From: Bigelowiella natans CCMP2755
Lineage: Eukaryota; Protista; Cercozoa
Direction of reading: 5' to 3'
NCBI GenBank assembly: GCA_000320545.1
Contig: ADNK01003173.1
Coordinates: forward strand, 7,160-71,159
DNA: 64,000 nucleotides
The position numbers and the translations under genes were made by a program. Under the pieces are notes generated by a model. The model made no database searches, was not told the DNA's origin, and saw nothing but the letters and a program-made list of their open reading frames with translations. Position 1 is the stretch's first letter. Each line of letters starts with the position of its first letter. Below are positions 37,277 through 53,701 of this stretch, one piece after another.

Positions 37277-38056
37277 TTGAGTACAACCGAATTTGTGCAC
37301 ACAGTGTCTGCCTGTTTGACTCCCACAGCTGTTGAAGTTTTCGCGTCGTCACATTTTGTTCTTACTACTGTCATTCTACAAAATTAGCTCAGATTTTTGG
37401 TTTGGATTTTGAGTTGAAACAAATCATTTGTTACAAGTGAGAACATTGACGCTTTGCACATCTGCATCATTGCATCTTCTTTCATGGGATGAACATTCTA
37501 AATGATGACATTTGCTCACCTAGCTTTCCTTGCCAACTAGCTAAGCTACCGAAGGTTGGTGAATCGCTTTGCCCATCATTTCAATGTGCGATGCATGCCA
37601 AATTTACACAGTTACACATGGCTGTGCATCACATTGTCCCCAATGAACATTTGCATGGCACATTGTCTATGTTGCGCATCAAGCCCTAGACTAGTAGGGC
37701 CGATTAAATCACGTGCAATTTATGGCTGGCTCATTGCATCGTTCCAGGCATTGCAACAATCTAGCCATCTATGAATCTCTGTGATCACTGAATGACAATT
37801 AATCTAGTAATGGCCAGCTCACTTTCGAGCAGCCTGCACTGCACGCTTGTCCACAAGCACGTACGTACCGTGCACATCTTGCAATGCCTCAATGCGTGAT
37901 GCAACCAGCACAGTTCTTTCCACATACACCCGCATGATGTCACACTGTTCACACATCTCTCTCTCTCTCTCACAACAACAACGCTTTGTCCGAATCCCCA
38001 CGACGGATGTGAACCTGCTATGAATGACATCACATTTTTAACTACGCCATTACGCA

Positions 38057-39334
38057 CTAGCTGATCCAAGTCAAAGCGTCATCCCGGCGACGAACTTCGG
38101 TAGAGCGTTCCAGAGTTGATAAGAAACCCTTCTCTCGCATCCACTGTTCATTGAACAATTTGCTCTACAACAACATATGTGCGAGAAATGAAACATTAGA
38201 TTCATCCAACAAAAATATGTAAATACTTCCGCTGCGAGGAATCCACAGTGTGATTCACCTCGCTTTTATTTTAGTGCCTTGAGAATATAACATATTTTAT
38301 TTTCTCTTTCCATCCCTCCCTTCCGTCTCTCAAAGCTTACGACAAGTACTGGGACCTTGTATCGATCTCCAGAATCACACAGCACGGTGACAACGGTCTT
38401 TCCTGGTCCGAGCTTGCGAGCAAGCTTCACAGCTCCAACAACGTTTAATGCCGCGGAGGGGCCAACCAGAACCCCGTCAACTTCCTATCAGAGCAGAAAG
38501 AGCGCCATTGATGAGTCTCACCCGCAATTTCAAAGAACTAGCAAGCCCATACTTTGAGATGATACGCCATTTCAATAGCCTCTTCGTCGCTGCCCGTGAA
38601 AGCCCCGTCGATCTTCGCCTAGTTTCGTAGGTGCCGTGCACGTGTGTTTGCTTGTGCATAAATGTGTACGTGCATGTGCGCATGTGTGTGTGTGTGTGTT
38701 CATATATGTGCAGCAGGAGCACCCATCGGTGCACTAAGAAATTAATCGATGAGTGTATCCTTGCGACATGTCGCTTTGCCATGCCGCGCGACAAGCCTAT
38801 CGTGTGTTTTCAGAACCGCGAGAATTTCTTGGAATGTCGCTTCTAGCTGTTTCACATTTTACTTTGGCAAAGTTTGCAGTGAGACGACCGATCCCAATGC
38901 CTTCTGTGACCGAGCTTCCCTGAGCAATCGGTACTCATCGTTGGGTGAAAATGAAGGCAGACGCAGTGCAGTAGCGCGTTCTCATTTGATTGAGACCGAA
39001 AAACGTCCCCACCTTCGATCTTGGGAAGAAACGCACGGACTCGCCCTCCACAGACTGGAGTGGCAAAAGATGAAGAAGAGGAACGGGGTGGGGGGGGGGG
39101 GGGGGTAGTAAGAACGAGAAATAATTTTATGTTGCAAAGACTTGACCTGATCGGCGAATGGCCCGCCCAGAACGTAGCCGCGATACCCAGAACTTACAAG
39201 GACAACAACAACCACGATTGGTAACCAGCAATATTGAGAGCAAGCACAGCCTTGCATCATCATCGAACGGCAATGGACATTACTTCGTACTCTCTTCACA
39301 AGTACAGATTTACGTGAAAAACGAACTAACGCAC

Positions 39335-39374
<40 letters not shown>

Positions 39375-40250
39375 GAAGATTTTTTTATAAATATATATGC
39401 ATATATATACATTCACATACATACATTTGTAATAATATATGTGTGTGTGTGTAGAAGAGAGCGATGATAGGCTTCCATAGCTGACGCAGCTATCTATACC
39501 CCGGTGGATCAATGAGGTAGACTTGGCATTCGGGATGCACCTAAAAATCAAAATTCGATGATTATAATAGCAATTTGGCGGCTGCAGCTCTCATGGGGCG
39601 CTGATGGTGAATTCTCGTCCCCTCTTGAAGGATTTGCTGTGTGAAGAAAATCGCCCGCTAGCCAGCTTTCGTTGTTGGCCAACAGACATTCTCTCCAAAA
39701 GATTTCGTCGATGCGAATTTTGCTGTGGCCGCGTTCTCCATTGGGCTCGGCGGCACGGGTTGTTCGATGAAAGTCGTGCATGATGAAAAGCATTTGGTTA
39801 CGGACCGCTTTGAAGAACTGCGAGCATCCTGATATAGTCCCCCCGGTGCCTTGTCGATACAAGCAACGATGGTTATCATCATCTTCATCATCATCATCAC
39901 CATCACCATCACCATCACCACCACCACTATGATCATCATCATTATCATATGTCATCCAACACCGCTGCCGTCTCACCACAGGACCCCCCTGCTGCTACCA
40001 CCCTCCCCATGATCAAGTAGCTCCATCTTACTTCCAAACACCATCACCCATCATCGATTAACGCACTCTTCGTAATGATCTCGCGCGCAAGCTCACGACA
40101 AGCTATATCAACAACATACCGGCGCTCGCGACGAAGCCATCTACGCTTCCTATGTGGGGATGACATTAACCCTTAGTTTTCATTCGATGTGATTTGTGCG
40201 TGCCTGTAGGCATGCATGATGTTCTGGTAGGGTGCGATAAAAAGGATAGT

Positions 40251-40295
<45 letters not shown>

Positions 40296-40454
40296 TTTCC
40301 GCTTTTGCCTTGCGTCTGAGCCCAGATTTCAGGTGCCGTTCCTTCGAGATGCGCTTGGTAATTGGCCTATGTTAAGTGAGATTCGATGTCTCCTTTAGCC
40401 TTCTTGGAGCCAGGAGTGTGTCATTTTGTAGGCGGATAAGAGAGAGAGAGAGAG

Positions 40455-40495
<41 letters not shown>

Positions 40496-41995
40496 AAGAG
40501 AGCGCGCGCGCGTGTGTGTTTATCGCGGTTGTGGATGCTCAGCGGCAAAAGTAACGAGGGCGCGATCTCCATGCGGACTGACGATTTCAAACGCCCACGT
40601 TGCAAAGAATCGCACTGACTCCTTCCCTTGCTCCCAACGACAGCGAGATCGTGTTAAGCGTCACTGTACATTGCCCTTGCCACTACCTCATTATCGAATT
40701 GGTTTGGGAAGAAACCGTTCTTCCTCTCTGCCGCCGCGCGCTTTGCTGTGTGAAAGTAGTGGCTACAGTATGGGAAGACAACGAAGAAAAGGGCACGAGG
40801 ACCATTCTCAGCTAAAATCACATCACATCACATCACACGGTGGCGCAGTAAACACCAAACGCCAGGGACACGAAATGCGCGGCGCAAACGCGGAGAAGCC
40901 AGGTCTTAAAAGCGGGATTGATGGAATGCATGCACGTGTTCGTCTGTCGTTTGCATCTGAATTGTGTTTCCTTGATATCCAAATCATTAGAGCGATATTT
41001 TCTTCTATGTGCATCAACAACCGTTTGTCCGTGAAGGGCACTGATGGTGTTAGGATAACAGATGCTCCGAAGATCTGATCGAAGATTGCAGCACCGACAT
41101 TACAATCAACATCCACGCATGAGCACACACACTCACACACACACACACATACACGCTCGGTCGCACAATAGTCACGCAATGCGTACTCAATGTGAGTGCA
41201 TTTGTCATTGTACAAGTCGGTGCGTGTGCATGTGCCTGGGTTCTGCGAGCAATGGTTTCACCTTCATCGCATCTATCTTTTCCTGAGCGATGGACGCCGG
41301 CATCGCCATGATCTGACGGTGCAAAATCACGTCCCCAATCAACATTGTTTGCCTAGACATGAGCAGAAGAATCTTTGAAATTGATAAAAGAACCACCGAT
41401 TGATATCCCTTGGCAGCGGCTACGAGCGCGAGCCCTACTCCGGTATTCCCGCCCGTCCCCTCGCAGATGACTCCCTGTGTCAGATTATGCACACTTACTT
41501 AGCAGCAGAAAGAACCATAGTACAGGGCTTATGCGACGTTTTAATTACCCCGGGAGACAAACGGCCATCCTTCTCTGCCTTCTCGACCATCCACAGGGCG
41601 GCGCGGTCCTTCACACTGGCAAGCAATGAAATCGATCATTTTGAGCACGTGGATCGGAAATCCGGTCATCTACGTTTCAGAGGTGGCATTTCCCCTACCT
41701 CCCTCCCGGGTTGAGATGTTCGCATTTCGCTAAAATCGTGCATCCGGTGGCCTTGGAAAGGCTTTTCAGCTCGATGAGAGGCGTGTTGCCGATTGCCTTG
41801 AGTACACCCGGCCTCTCGTTCTTGACGCCTGCTTTCTGAGCTTTCGCCTCCGCTGGCACAACAAGCACAAACGTGAGTGACCCAGTCCCCACCCCTCCCT
41901 CTCTCCGGAGTCTACGCACCTTCGCAGGGAAACACAACGCGGTACACCGACACGGCAGCGGCGATGGAGAAGCCCGCACGGCGGATCGCGATCAT
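38057..41995 (-). CDS. Cysteine synthase-like PLP enzyme (multi-exon)
   Basis: IGNTPLIELKSLS; KCEHLNPGG|SVKDRAA (PLP lysine); EGTGGNTGVGLA; GTGGTISG; EGIGS; KTVVTVLCDSGDRY. Confidence 0.93.
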
Positions 41996-42582
41996 CCGTG
42001 GATTGTGCCTGGAACTCAAAAAATGTTGTTGCGGTTGTTGCAAGAGGACAGGAGGCGCGATTTTTATCTGAAAAAGGAAATTTTCACATGTCGCAGCTTG
42101 TCATTCACATCCGTCACAAGGGAAAGCCAGAGCTGGTCGGGGCAGTTTTTGGTGCTGAAAACATCTGTCAGTAGTCTTTATCTTCATTCATGTGAGCCGA
42201 AGCTTTCATTGCTGCTTTTTTGAATCGTTCACCCAGAGCTGCTGGTCAGCTGCATTTGCGTTTGCAAACTCCTGAATTTGCTGTGCATCGTCGCGCTCAG
42301 CGCGCGCACATGCGTGTGATTGACATCGCAACATCATGGCATTGCATGTGCAGGGTGGCTCAACGCTAGAACGTGCATGACAACGTGACGCATGCGACAC
42401 ATCATCAGATCATCGTTGCGCATTGCAGAACATGCTTTTTGCAGAGCCACACCATCATCTAGTCATCACTAATCATGATGAGTTGCAGTGACGAATCCCG
42501 GTCGCTAGCAAAGATTACCACCCATGCCAATCACACGGACGTGGAGCACAATCATAGTGCTATTTCCCCCTACCATCGATCA

Positions 42583-44863
42583 CTACATTCTATGTGAGAA
42601 CTTCTGTTTGAGCATTCCGAGAAGACCTTCCTTCGTCTCATCAGCTTCCTCAGAATAGTTGGAGATGACATCCATCACATCCTTGATGTTTACCTGGATG
42701 TGCTGAGCCAAGTCCTCGATGGCAGCAAACTTCTTCCTTTCCTCCTCATCCGAGTCCGGCCACAAGTGATAGCGGATGGGGCGACCAGCGAAGGTCGCAG
42801 CGATCCATTGAACCAGTAACCTTAGGTGAGGGTCCCCCCCCGCCCCTCCACCGCCCCAATTTCCCGTGGCAATCGAGCCATAATTCTCTCCAAGAGTGAC
42901 CGGGTTGAGGGAAAAGGCTGTATATGCCTTGAAGACCTCCCGCGACACCGTTTCCATGCCAAATTCCGCAATATCCGCAGCCTCTAACGGGTCGATCAGC
43001 ATGAGCGCGTTGCACTTCCTCCCGTAGATGTCATAGGGGGTGGGGTCCTTCCCAAGATCGCGCGCGCCCTCGAACGTGATGCCGCTCCCATGGCCCGAGA
43101 CTTCGTTGAAGTGGTGGGCGCCGATGACGACGCCGCACTCGTTGTCCGCGAGGGGCTCGAGGAGATAGTGCATCAGGAGCACCTCAGGGTACATGCACAT
43201 CATCATCTCTTCCTGGCCGCATCCACTCCCAAAGAACCCGCTTCCCGCGATATTCGAGCTAAACACCGTCTGGAGGGACAGCTCTCCCTCCGCCGCCTCC
43301 TCCTCCTCTTTGTCTCTCCCTTTGCCATTGGCCTCGGAGAAAGCGGGGGGGGAGGTGGAGGTAGAGGAGGACGAAGAAAAGGAGTTGCTGGGGGGGGAGG
43401 GGGAGGAGTAGCCTTTGATGGGCCCGGAGGTGACTCGCAAATCGTTGAGCACGGGAGAGTTCTTCGAGCTGGATAACATCTTGAACGACACCACGGGGGA
43501 CCGGATGCCTCGCCGATGGTACGATATTCGGCTGAGCCCCTCCGTCTCTGGGTGGAACGGGTGGTGATGGCTAGAAAGCGGTGAGGATGATGATGATGGC
43601 GACGACGATGATGGTGATGATGATGATGGAGGAGGAGAGGCAGACGAAGAAGGCGTAGCTGCTGGCATTGTCATTCGGTTCGCCGCAAACGATGATTGGT
43701 CGAGAAGGTCATAGGTCGCCTCGAGGTACGAGGAGATGCAGCGGAACTTTTCGAATTGGTGCAAGGTGGGCTTCTGGCTGATGAAGATCGAGAGCATGGA
43801 ATGATTCATCGAATCCTCCTCTTCGTGTTTCCTGTGTTTCCGCTTGCCAACAGATTGAGCATCCTGTTGTTTTCACCGAAGAAGAAGAAGAAGAAGAAGA
43901 AGCGGCGTAATAAGCGGGAAAAGACAATAAAACTCAGATGGCATTGAAACGGCTATCTATCATTGCAGTAGGCGGTTATGTTAGTGCTGGTGGTAGTAGT
44001 TATGCAGGGTGTGGTTGGCCTAAAAAACCTTCGCAAAATTTCCGAGAAAGTTGCTGGCGAGGATGAAAGCCACTTCCCTTTGTAAAAATGCATGTATTCA
44101 CTACATGATTAGTTAGGTAGCATGGTTTTCTCTCCCCATTTTCATCATCGTAACCGTCATCATCATCATCATCATCATCATCATCTATCCCGCGCAACCA
44201 CACCACCCACCACCATGACGCTCTCATCGACATTGGATCTCACAATCCTTAACGCTATTGTCACAGCTGCCATGTATTGCAGCGCAACTGTGGGGGGGGG
44301 CGATGTGGTGAGACGGACTTTCGTGTAAAATCGATTGGGCCCTCAAAGAAGGGAGTCAAAGCGGGAGCGGTGATGGGCGCCTCCTTCTTGTTCATCGTGC
44401 TGAGAGCCAGTATCTAACAATCACAATGCAGTGTTTTTTTATCTGAGGAGAGAAATTTCTGAGGTTTGGCCCGACCGTTCGACTACGATGCCGGGATGCA
44501 GCAATCCTCCCTTCCCACCAAAAAAAAAAGAAACCGCCCCATCCCCCCGTCACCACCACCACCACCTTTGGCAGTGTTTCCTTGAAGAACTTCTCTCTCT
44601 CTGAGACGGTCTAACAATATAAACGACAAATCGTCAATGTTGTGTTGGTATTGACGAAGGAATGTAGGGTAAAGGGTAAAGGCATATTCTCGGCTTGCAT
44701 TTCTCCCTAAAAGGGAGGAAGTTGTCGTTGCCTACTGCCGCACCGCATTCCTACCATGTACTCTTTGATCAGAGCCACCAGTCCTGGAAAATTCTGTCAA
44801 GATTAGGGTAGGAAAATATGAACTTACTCTTACTTTCCCTCCCTCCCTCCCTCCCTCCCTCCT

Positions 44864-44909
<46 letters not shown>

Positions 44910-46048
44910 ACATATATTACATATTTTTGTTTGATATTTACATTTGTGGCGTCAGTATAATGTTAATGTGATATTACACTGAACACATACGTAACCAAAT
45001 ATATCTACCGAGGTGCGGCCAGTTTCCATCTTGTTGAGCCGTCCTGTCGGAAAGAACGATAAGTTTCCCACCATCTTCAAATTACAAGGAAGAATGCAGG
45101 CATACGACTATGTTAAGACCGACCCAAGAGCGCGCAGAATGACACCAGCGTATGCTTATCAGCTTCCAGACTTCGAGACTATATCATAGATTCACAAATG
45201 TGAAGTGCAATCGAAATAAGTTATCAGTGCATGCTTTGGGGCACAGTTCCATAGAACGTTGGTTTGGTAATTCATATTTCGCTTGTAAAACTACAATGAT
45301 TCTGCGAGCGCGGCGATCTGTCCCGAGCTGTCTCCATCGATTCTGTGGATTGGGTAGGTACGGACAAGTGGGCTATCATATTTTGAGCGCATCTTCTTTT
45401 TTTTTAATGATTGCTCTTGCCTGTGTACCCCTCTCACCCGCTTGCTCTCGCTCCCACGAATAATATTCTCTCACTGATTCTATGTACCACGGGGCGCGAC
45501 GGAATGGCACGTTCTTGCAACTCGTGAATCCACTCAATATTCTTGTGAACGCCTGAAAGGGTGAAGACGGCCATGAGAACGGCGACAGCAACCCAGCAGA
45601 ACACGCACTTTCACCGGACATGTACGCCTGCACACCTTTCTCCCCGCACCCTCCCCTCTGAACCACTGTTCTCCTTTTTGGTTCTCAGTTGACACAACTG
45701 TCCCTACTACTACTACTACTACACACGCTCGAAGATCCTACCGGAATGCCGGTGCGTGTCGGTCATTCGAGGGGCCGTTTTTGGCACGAGGGTCCGACGG
45801 ATGCCTTGAAACCTGGCCATAAACTTTCTCCTGAACTTTTCTCTCCTCGTCATTTTCCGTTTAGCACTCTTGAGACCTGAAGAGAACAATCTCTCACCCC
45901 CTGCAAGGCAGTCGGAGAGGGCAGCCCTGCGGGGGCGAACAAGACGCAGCATCGGACGGAATCCCTTATTATTTTGTGTTACACCGGGGGATCTCGAGAT
46001 CTCCTCAGAGCCTTTTCTTAATTCTTCCATCGTAATGCCGTGTCGCAT
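42583..46048 (-). CDS. PARG: Poly(ADP-ribose) glycohydrolase (multi-exon, 5' end approximate)
   Basis: GSGFFGSGCGQEEM (PARG QEE catalytic loop), YPEVL, REVFKAYTAF, IATGNWG...GGDPHLRLLVQWIAA. Confidence 0.88.
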
Positions 46049-47127
46049 AGTAAAAATGTCATGTGAATAATTGCAAAATGATCACATTTCCCCAAAATTT
46101 AATTAATTCAAGTCGGAAAAGATTGTCGTTGAACAAAAACATCATGCTTTCTTGAACAATGAGGGCTCGGTCGCTTCACCATCATTCGTTCATGCCTCGT
46201 TGTTTTCAGCTCGAGGCCTGCTTTTGGTGCAGGATTGCATGGCAAGTGGTCACGTGTGTGTGTGGAATCGTGCGACGCTCACACGTTGCACACACACCAC
46301 CTGCTGTCACTGCGCATGCTTGGTGCCCTTTGTGCTCTGCAGATTGGGTTGGCCAGTGGATGCGAAGCGACACACCCAGCTAGCCAGTTTTTCGCAAAGA
46401 TCCACACTCATTGATTGACAAAGTTGAGGAGGAGGCTCTGGTTGCATCTGATGATTCTTTTGACCTGAAAGTTCTTCACTCGTCAACTGTTACATTCACT
46501 CGATCACCGTTGCACTTCACGACGAGACGTCAATGCTCTCCAACGGCTTGACATTGCAGGAGTTTTCATGCAACGAACCCCCTTCATCTAGTCATGCACG
46601 TGGCATCTTTGCTAGTTACATGCTGGCATGCTGGGTGGTACATTTCGAAATGATCGAATCTCTCCTCAAACCCCTCACCAAGACGTGCAGTAGGATGCGC
46701 ATGGTGAGCATGCAATGGTGACGGCGACTGAGCAACGCGTGTGATCGAACAAACCTAGAAACGCAATCTCACGATCGAGAATATTTTATTTCGAAGAGGG
46801 AAGTATGAACTTGCGTAGCGGCAGGCCTGCGCAGCTTCCGCTTCATGCATGCGCTCATTCACATCATCTGTGACGGAGCTAGCCACGGAACGCGACACAT
46901 CCATGGCTGAGATCAGCACATACGGCACACAGTTGCAGTGAGCAAGTCCGTGCTCAATAGGGGGCACCTGTAACATCAGACACTGTTGTTGCTCCATGGA
47001 GCTGAACGTGCTGGCTTCCATCGCATGCTACAATGCTGAAAAAGCGCCGCCTCTTTCTTTGCTTGTGCCATCATCTTGGTTTCAAACACTGTCAAGCAAG
47101 TCTTGAAGGGTTCCATATGCACATCAA

Positions 47128-49781
<2,654 letters not shown>

Positions 49782-50097
49782 TTGCTGCAGTTGAGTCCTC
49801 TAATGGGCAGACCGAACCAGGCACCGAGGTTGGAATCGATGGATTGCCACGAAGGACGGAGAAAAAGAAATGCGAAATTATACTACGACACAATGAAATC
49901 CTTGTCGCTCAATACAAGCTAAATCCTCTCCCAAAGGCGGTGCGCGTTGGGGAAATTTCAGGCCTTTAATTCACCGAAGCTGGTTGGCTGGAGAGCTCGA
50001 AAGCCTTCCGTTTCTTTACGCGACATCGCACAAAGGCGATTTAAACCTCAAATTTCCAAGTTTCATGCTACATAGCGGACGGCTCCTTGCACCACTA

Positions 50098-51220
50098 CCA
50101 CTTGCAGCAATCGGGGCTTTGGAACAAGTTCCGGGATTCCCGAACCGCGGATTGCAGGATCTTGATGGTGAATTTCACATTGTCACCTGGCCTGATGGCC
50201 TGTGCTTGGTCCAACTGCCTTGGTCGCTGGGTTCGATTGGGATGTTGAAGTTGAACACGAATCACGAATTTTGAATCTTGCACTTCGCTGGGACTCGCCC
50301 CACCAAGGTCATTTGCCTCCGTGTCAGTGTTGTGGCCGGCGGGTGTGAGACAAACCCTCACCAATTCTTGGAGTTTTGATTGTTTGTGTGACTGGATTGA
50401 GGAGGGCATGGACGAGTCAGCGTGCACACACTGCTCCAGTGGAAACACTCTTCTTCTTTTCACTTTTGATGATCTGGAGGTGACAATTCCCGGAATTGCG
50501 CTTTGCATGGAGGGGAGGAGGGGGTGTTTTCTCTGGATCAGGCCCTCCAGGCGTGGCGCGGGAGTGGAGCGTTGAATTGGGTTTGGAGCACCTCCGGCCG
50601 CGTGACCGTGGGCTTCGCCAGACTCCAGACTGTTGGGATGACACCGAGGTCGTTCGTCGATGACACGCAGGCCGTGAGTTCGAAGAGGACATCATTGCAT
50701 TGTTTCTTCTTGCCTCTCGTTTTTTCTTCTTTTTCGATTCTCCGCCTTCAGTTCTTCTTCTTCGTCGATCTTCGACAAATTTTGTCGATTCTTGTTCTTC
50801 GCCCTTGGGTCACCTCCTAGCACTTCGTGCTTCTTGATCGCTCTCGTGGCACTCGCTCGTGGCAGGCTCAGTTCTTCTTGTTCGTTGCTTCCTTCCTGCA
50901 CAGCTGTCATCCAGTCATGGCAACTGAACATGCTTGCTGTGGTCCGAGTGATGGCACAATTACACAAAGCTGAACTTGCTCGCACAGCTGCGTGCGTGTT
51001 TGCGTCACGGAATGATGCAACCGCACCCGGCTTTCGAGCACGTCGTCCGCACGCTAGCACGCTCCAGTGCTAGCACCTGACACGGCTCGTGACAGCTCGC
51101 TCACCCGCCATGCTGGTTGCAGCATGTGCATGTGCATCACTCACTGCTAGATGTGATCTAGGACAGGCAGTGCCACACACCGGCTTATTCCATGTGCAGC
51201 TAGCACAGCTAGACAGCCCA
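50098..51220. other. TpA-depleted intergenic island
   Basis: No TA dinucleotide from 50098 to 50817 by manual reading. Confidence 0.9.
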
Positions 51221-53701
51221 TGTAGCGCGTACCACTACGCGGGCACAAGTCACGTGCGACAACAAAGGGGTTGTCGCGGATATAGAATATAGATAACGTA
51301 GATATTAATACAGCATAGGCACGTGGGTTCCGGCGGGACTCATGGCAGCACACCGGAAGTGTGCTGCCCCACGTGCGGCGGCATTCGCGAAAGCTTCGCG
51401 AATGATTACGCAGTGCACGATTTAATAAAAATATAATCTTTAATAAAAATAAACACAACTCTTCAAAAGGAAGCAAACGTGCCTTCCCCCCCCCCTGCCT
51501 ACTTGTGCACGTAGCGCCTCGGCCTGTGAACACCTTACGCGCAACAACCTTTGGCTTCCACACACGGGAAACGATTTGACTAACAATGTCACAGCAGCTA
51601 GAAGAACAGCAGGACTTTGGCTCGCAGGCCGTGCAAGGGCACGAGCAGAAACAGGAAAGGAAGGGCGATACGGACGCTAAGGAAGGAGGAGGAACACCTC
51701 CACAGGCACCGCCGGGACCAGCACCCGGGATTAAGAAAGCAGATGCAGCAGCAGAGGCACTGGAGAACTTCTACGAGGCGGACGACGAGGACGTGGCCGC
51801 CGAAAGCAAGAAGGTCGTAATGGCATTACGAGCCTTGCGACCCAGGGCGAGCAACTACGCCAAACTGAAAGTATCGATAGAATACAAGTATCAGACACAT
51901 GATGTTTGGGCAGCTATCATGCAGGACATCATGGATTACGAAGCAGACTTACCTCCAGAGTGGGCAGCTTTGTTTAGGAACGACGGGGGTCTGGGCGCCT
52001 CGCGGGGGACGACCCAGAGCACCGTCAAGCAGCAGCAGCCGGTACAGCGGAACACCCAGTTCATGTCTGTTAAAACAGCACCGGTTATGATAACGAAATA
52101 CAACGGGAAAAGAGGTGAGGCAAGGAGGTGGTGGAAGAACGCTAGGAGTATACTCTGCGACTTTACCCCTAACCCCACCGAAAACGACAAGCTCAAATGG
52201 CTAGCTATAATAAAGCAAGCCATGGACCTTTACGAGACAGGCAGGACCCGGATCAGGCAGCTAGAGAAAATACACACTACAGTTAGTGGGCTACGAGACG
52301 TTGAGGCGATAATGAAGGCTTTTGTAAATGAACAGGATGCTAACTCCCTACCCCAGGCTATTAGAAAATACAGAGCAATGATGCAGCATGAGAGAGAACC
52401 TGTTAGAGACTTTGCCACGCGCTTCCAGGATATGATCGACGAACTACATGATTTTAATTACAACACAGGTGATGATCAGGCAAGGTTTGAAGAGTTCAAG
52501 TTAAAGATAAAGGAATCCACTTACGTTACGGAGAAAGGCTACACCACGATGGAGGCAGCAGTGCAGGCTATATCCCTACGCGAGCAGGAGCAGGACCGCA
52601 AGTTTACCAGCCCTAAGGTACCTGGCATAGGAAACATTAACGCTATTAAGCCGCAGCGAGACTGGTACAAGGACAGGGAAGGTAACCGACGTTGCGGATA
52701 CTGCTCACGTAAAGGGAAACACACCGCTAAAGACTGCAGAGACAGGAAAGAAGGACGACCCAGGATGACGATCAGGCAGCTCAACGAACACTACGAGAAG
52801 TTAAAGAGAAAGAAAGGCAGAGGACAAGGATATAACAACAGCAAATGGCAAGGCAGCAACAACGGGAAGAACAATAAATATAAGAACAAAAAGCAGAACA
52901 GTATCAATGCTATACAGCAGCAGATAAACGGAATATTAGATCACCTTAAGCAGGCGCCGACGAAGACAGCAGTACCAGCAACGCAGGACCAAGACAAGCC
53001 CATGACCCTAGACGACATAAAGAACTTAGGAGTATGCAACATTAATGACGAAGACGCTAACAGGACTATCAAAGTTGCTATGACCAAGGTTAAAGTTAAA
53101 GACAGCTACGGAGACTACAAGAAACTACCTGCCCTTTGGGATAGTGGCAGCATGCCGAAGTCCTTCATAAGCCTAAGCACAGTAAGAAGGTTAGGACTAT
53201 TGGATCAAGTGACTAAGAAAGAACGTAAATATGCTCAAGCAGACGGAAGCTCTTCCATGAAGACCGTCGGTGAGCTAATGCTAAAGCTACAGATACCTGG
53301 CAGCGACGCGGAGACCCAAATCAAGACCCGAGTAGCCATGACTTTATCCATGGAACTACTCCTCGGACAGGATGCCCTAGAAAAATTAGGGGGGATCATA
53401 TCATTCTACAATCACAAGATATACTTTGCTAAGTTGCCAAAGAAGTCAGGCAGGACCATCAGCCAGAACATGATACGGCTTGACGAGTGGACCTCTGAGT
53501 CAAGCGTTAATGCGTTAGAGTTTATGGACCTAGCGGACAACAAGCTACCTACACCTACCGAGCTACGGAAGAAGAACCCCGGCAAGACCATCCGACAGAT
53601 AACGGAGCTACTGGACAAGACCCCCCCAGCTGATGATTGGGATATCGACAAAGGCAAAAAGTACATTAATAAAACAAAAAGTACATTAATAAAATATTAA
53701 A
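51221..53701 (+). mobile_element. 3'-truncated copy 2 of the same Gypsy element (5' LTR 51221-51546, PBS, gag-protease)
   Basis: Nearly identical to 9909-12369; CCCA on both flanks (51217-51220 and 53702-53705); no RT, IN or 3' LTR. Confidence 0.96.
51586..53700 (+). CDS. Uninterrupted Gag-protease ORF of copy 2 (704 aa; terminated by a 20-bp duplication frameshift)
   Basis: Same protein as copy 1, with Gln at the position of the copy-1 stop. Confidence 0.9.
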   Translation: MSQQLEEQQDFGSQAVQGHEQKQERKGDTDAKEGGGTPPQAPPGPAPGIKKADAAAEALENFYEADDEDVAAESKKVVMALRALRPRASNYAKLKVSIEYKYQTHDVWAAIMQDIMDYEADLPPEWAALFRNDGGLGASRGTTQSTVKQQQPVQRNTQFMSVKTAPVMITKYNGKRGEARRWWKNARSILCDFTPNPTENDKLKWLAIIKQAMDLYETGRTRIRQLEKIHTTVSGLRDVEAIMKAFVNEQDANSLPQAIRKYRAMMQHEREPVRDFATRFQDMIDELHDFNYNTGDDQARFEEFKLKIKESTYVTEKGYTTMEAAVQAISLREQEQDRKFTSPKVPGIGNINAIKPQRDWYKDREGNRRCGYCSRKGKHTAKDCRDRKEGRPRMTIRQLNEHYEKLKRKKGRGQGYNNSKWQGSNNGKNNKYKNKKQNSINAIQQQINGILDHLKQAPTKTAVPATQDQDKPMTLDDIKNLGVCNINDEDANRTIKVAMTKVKVKDSYGDYKKLPALWDSGSMPKSFISLSTVRRLGLLDQVTKKERKYAQADGSSSMKTVGELMLKLQIPGSDAETQIKTRVAMTLSMELLLGQDALEKLGGIISFYNHKIYFAKLPKKSGRTISQNMIRLDEWTSESSVNALEFMDLADNKLPTPTELRKKNPGKTIRQITELLDKTPPADDWDIDKGKKYINKTKSTLIKY

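Noticed and set aside
50095-51060. ~320-codon minus-strand frame broken by a single TGA (50692-50694), at first read as a pseudogene
   Set aside because: No recognisable domain and no Tyr. Long open frames are expected where TpA (hence TAA/TAG) is absent.
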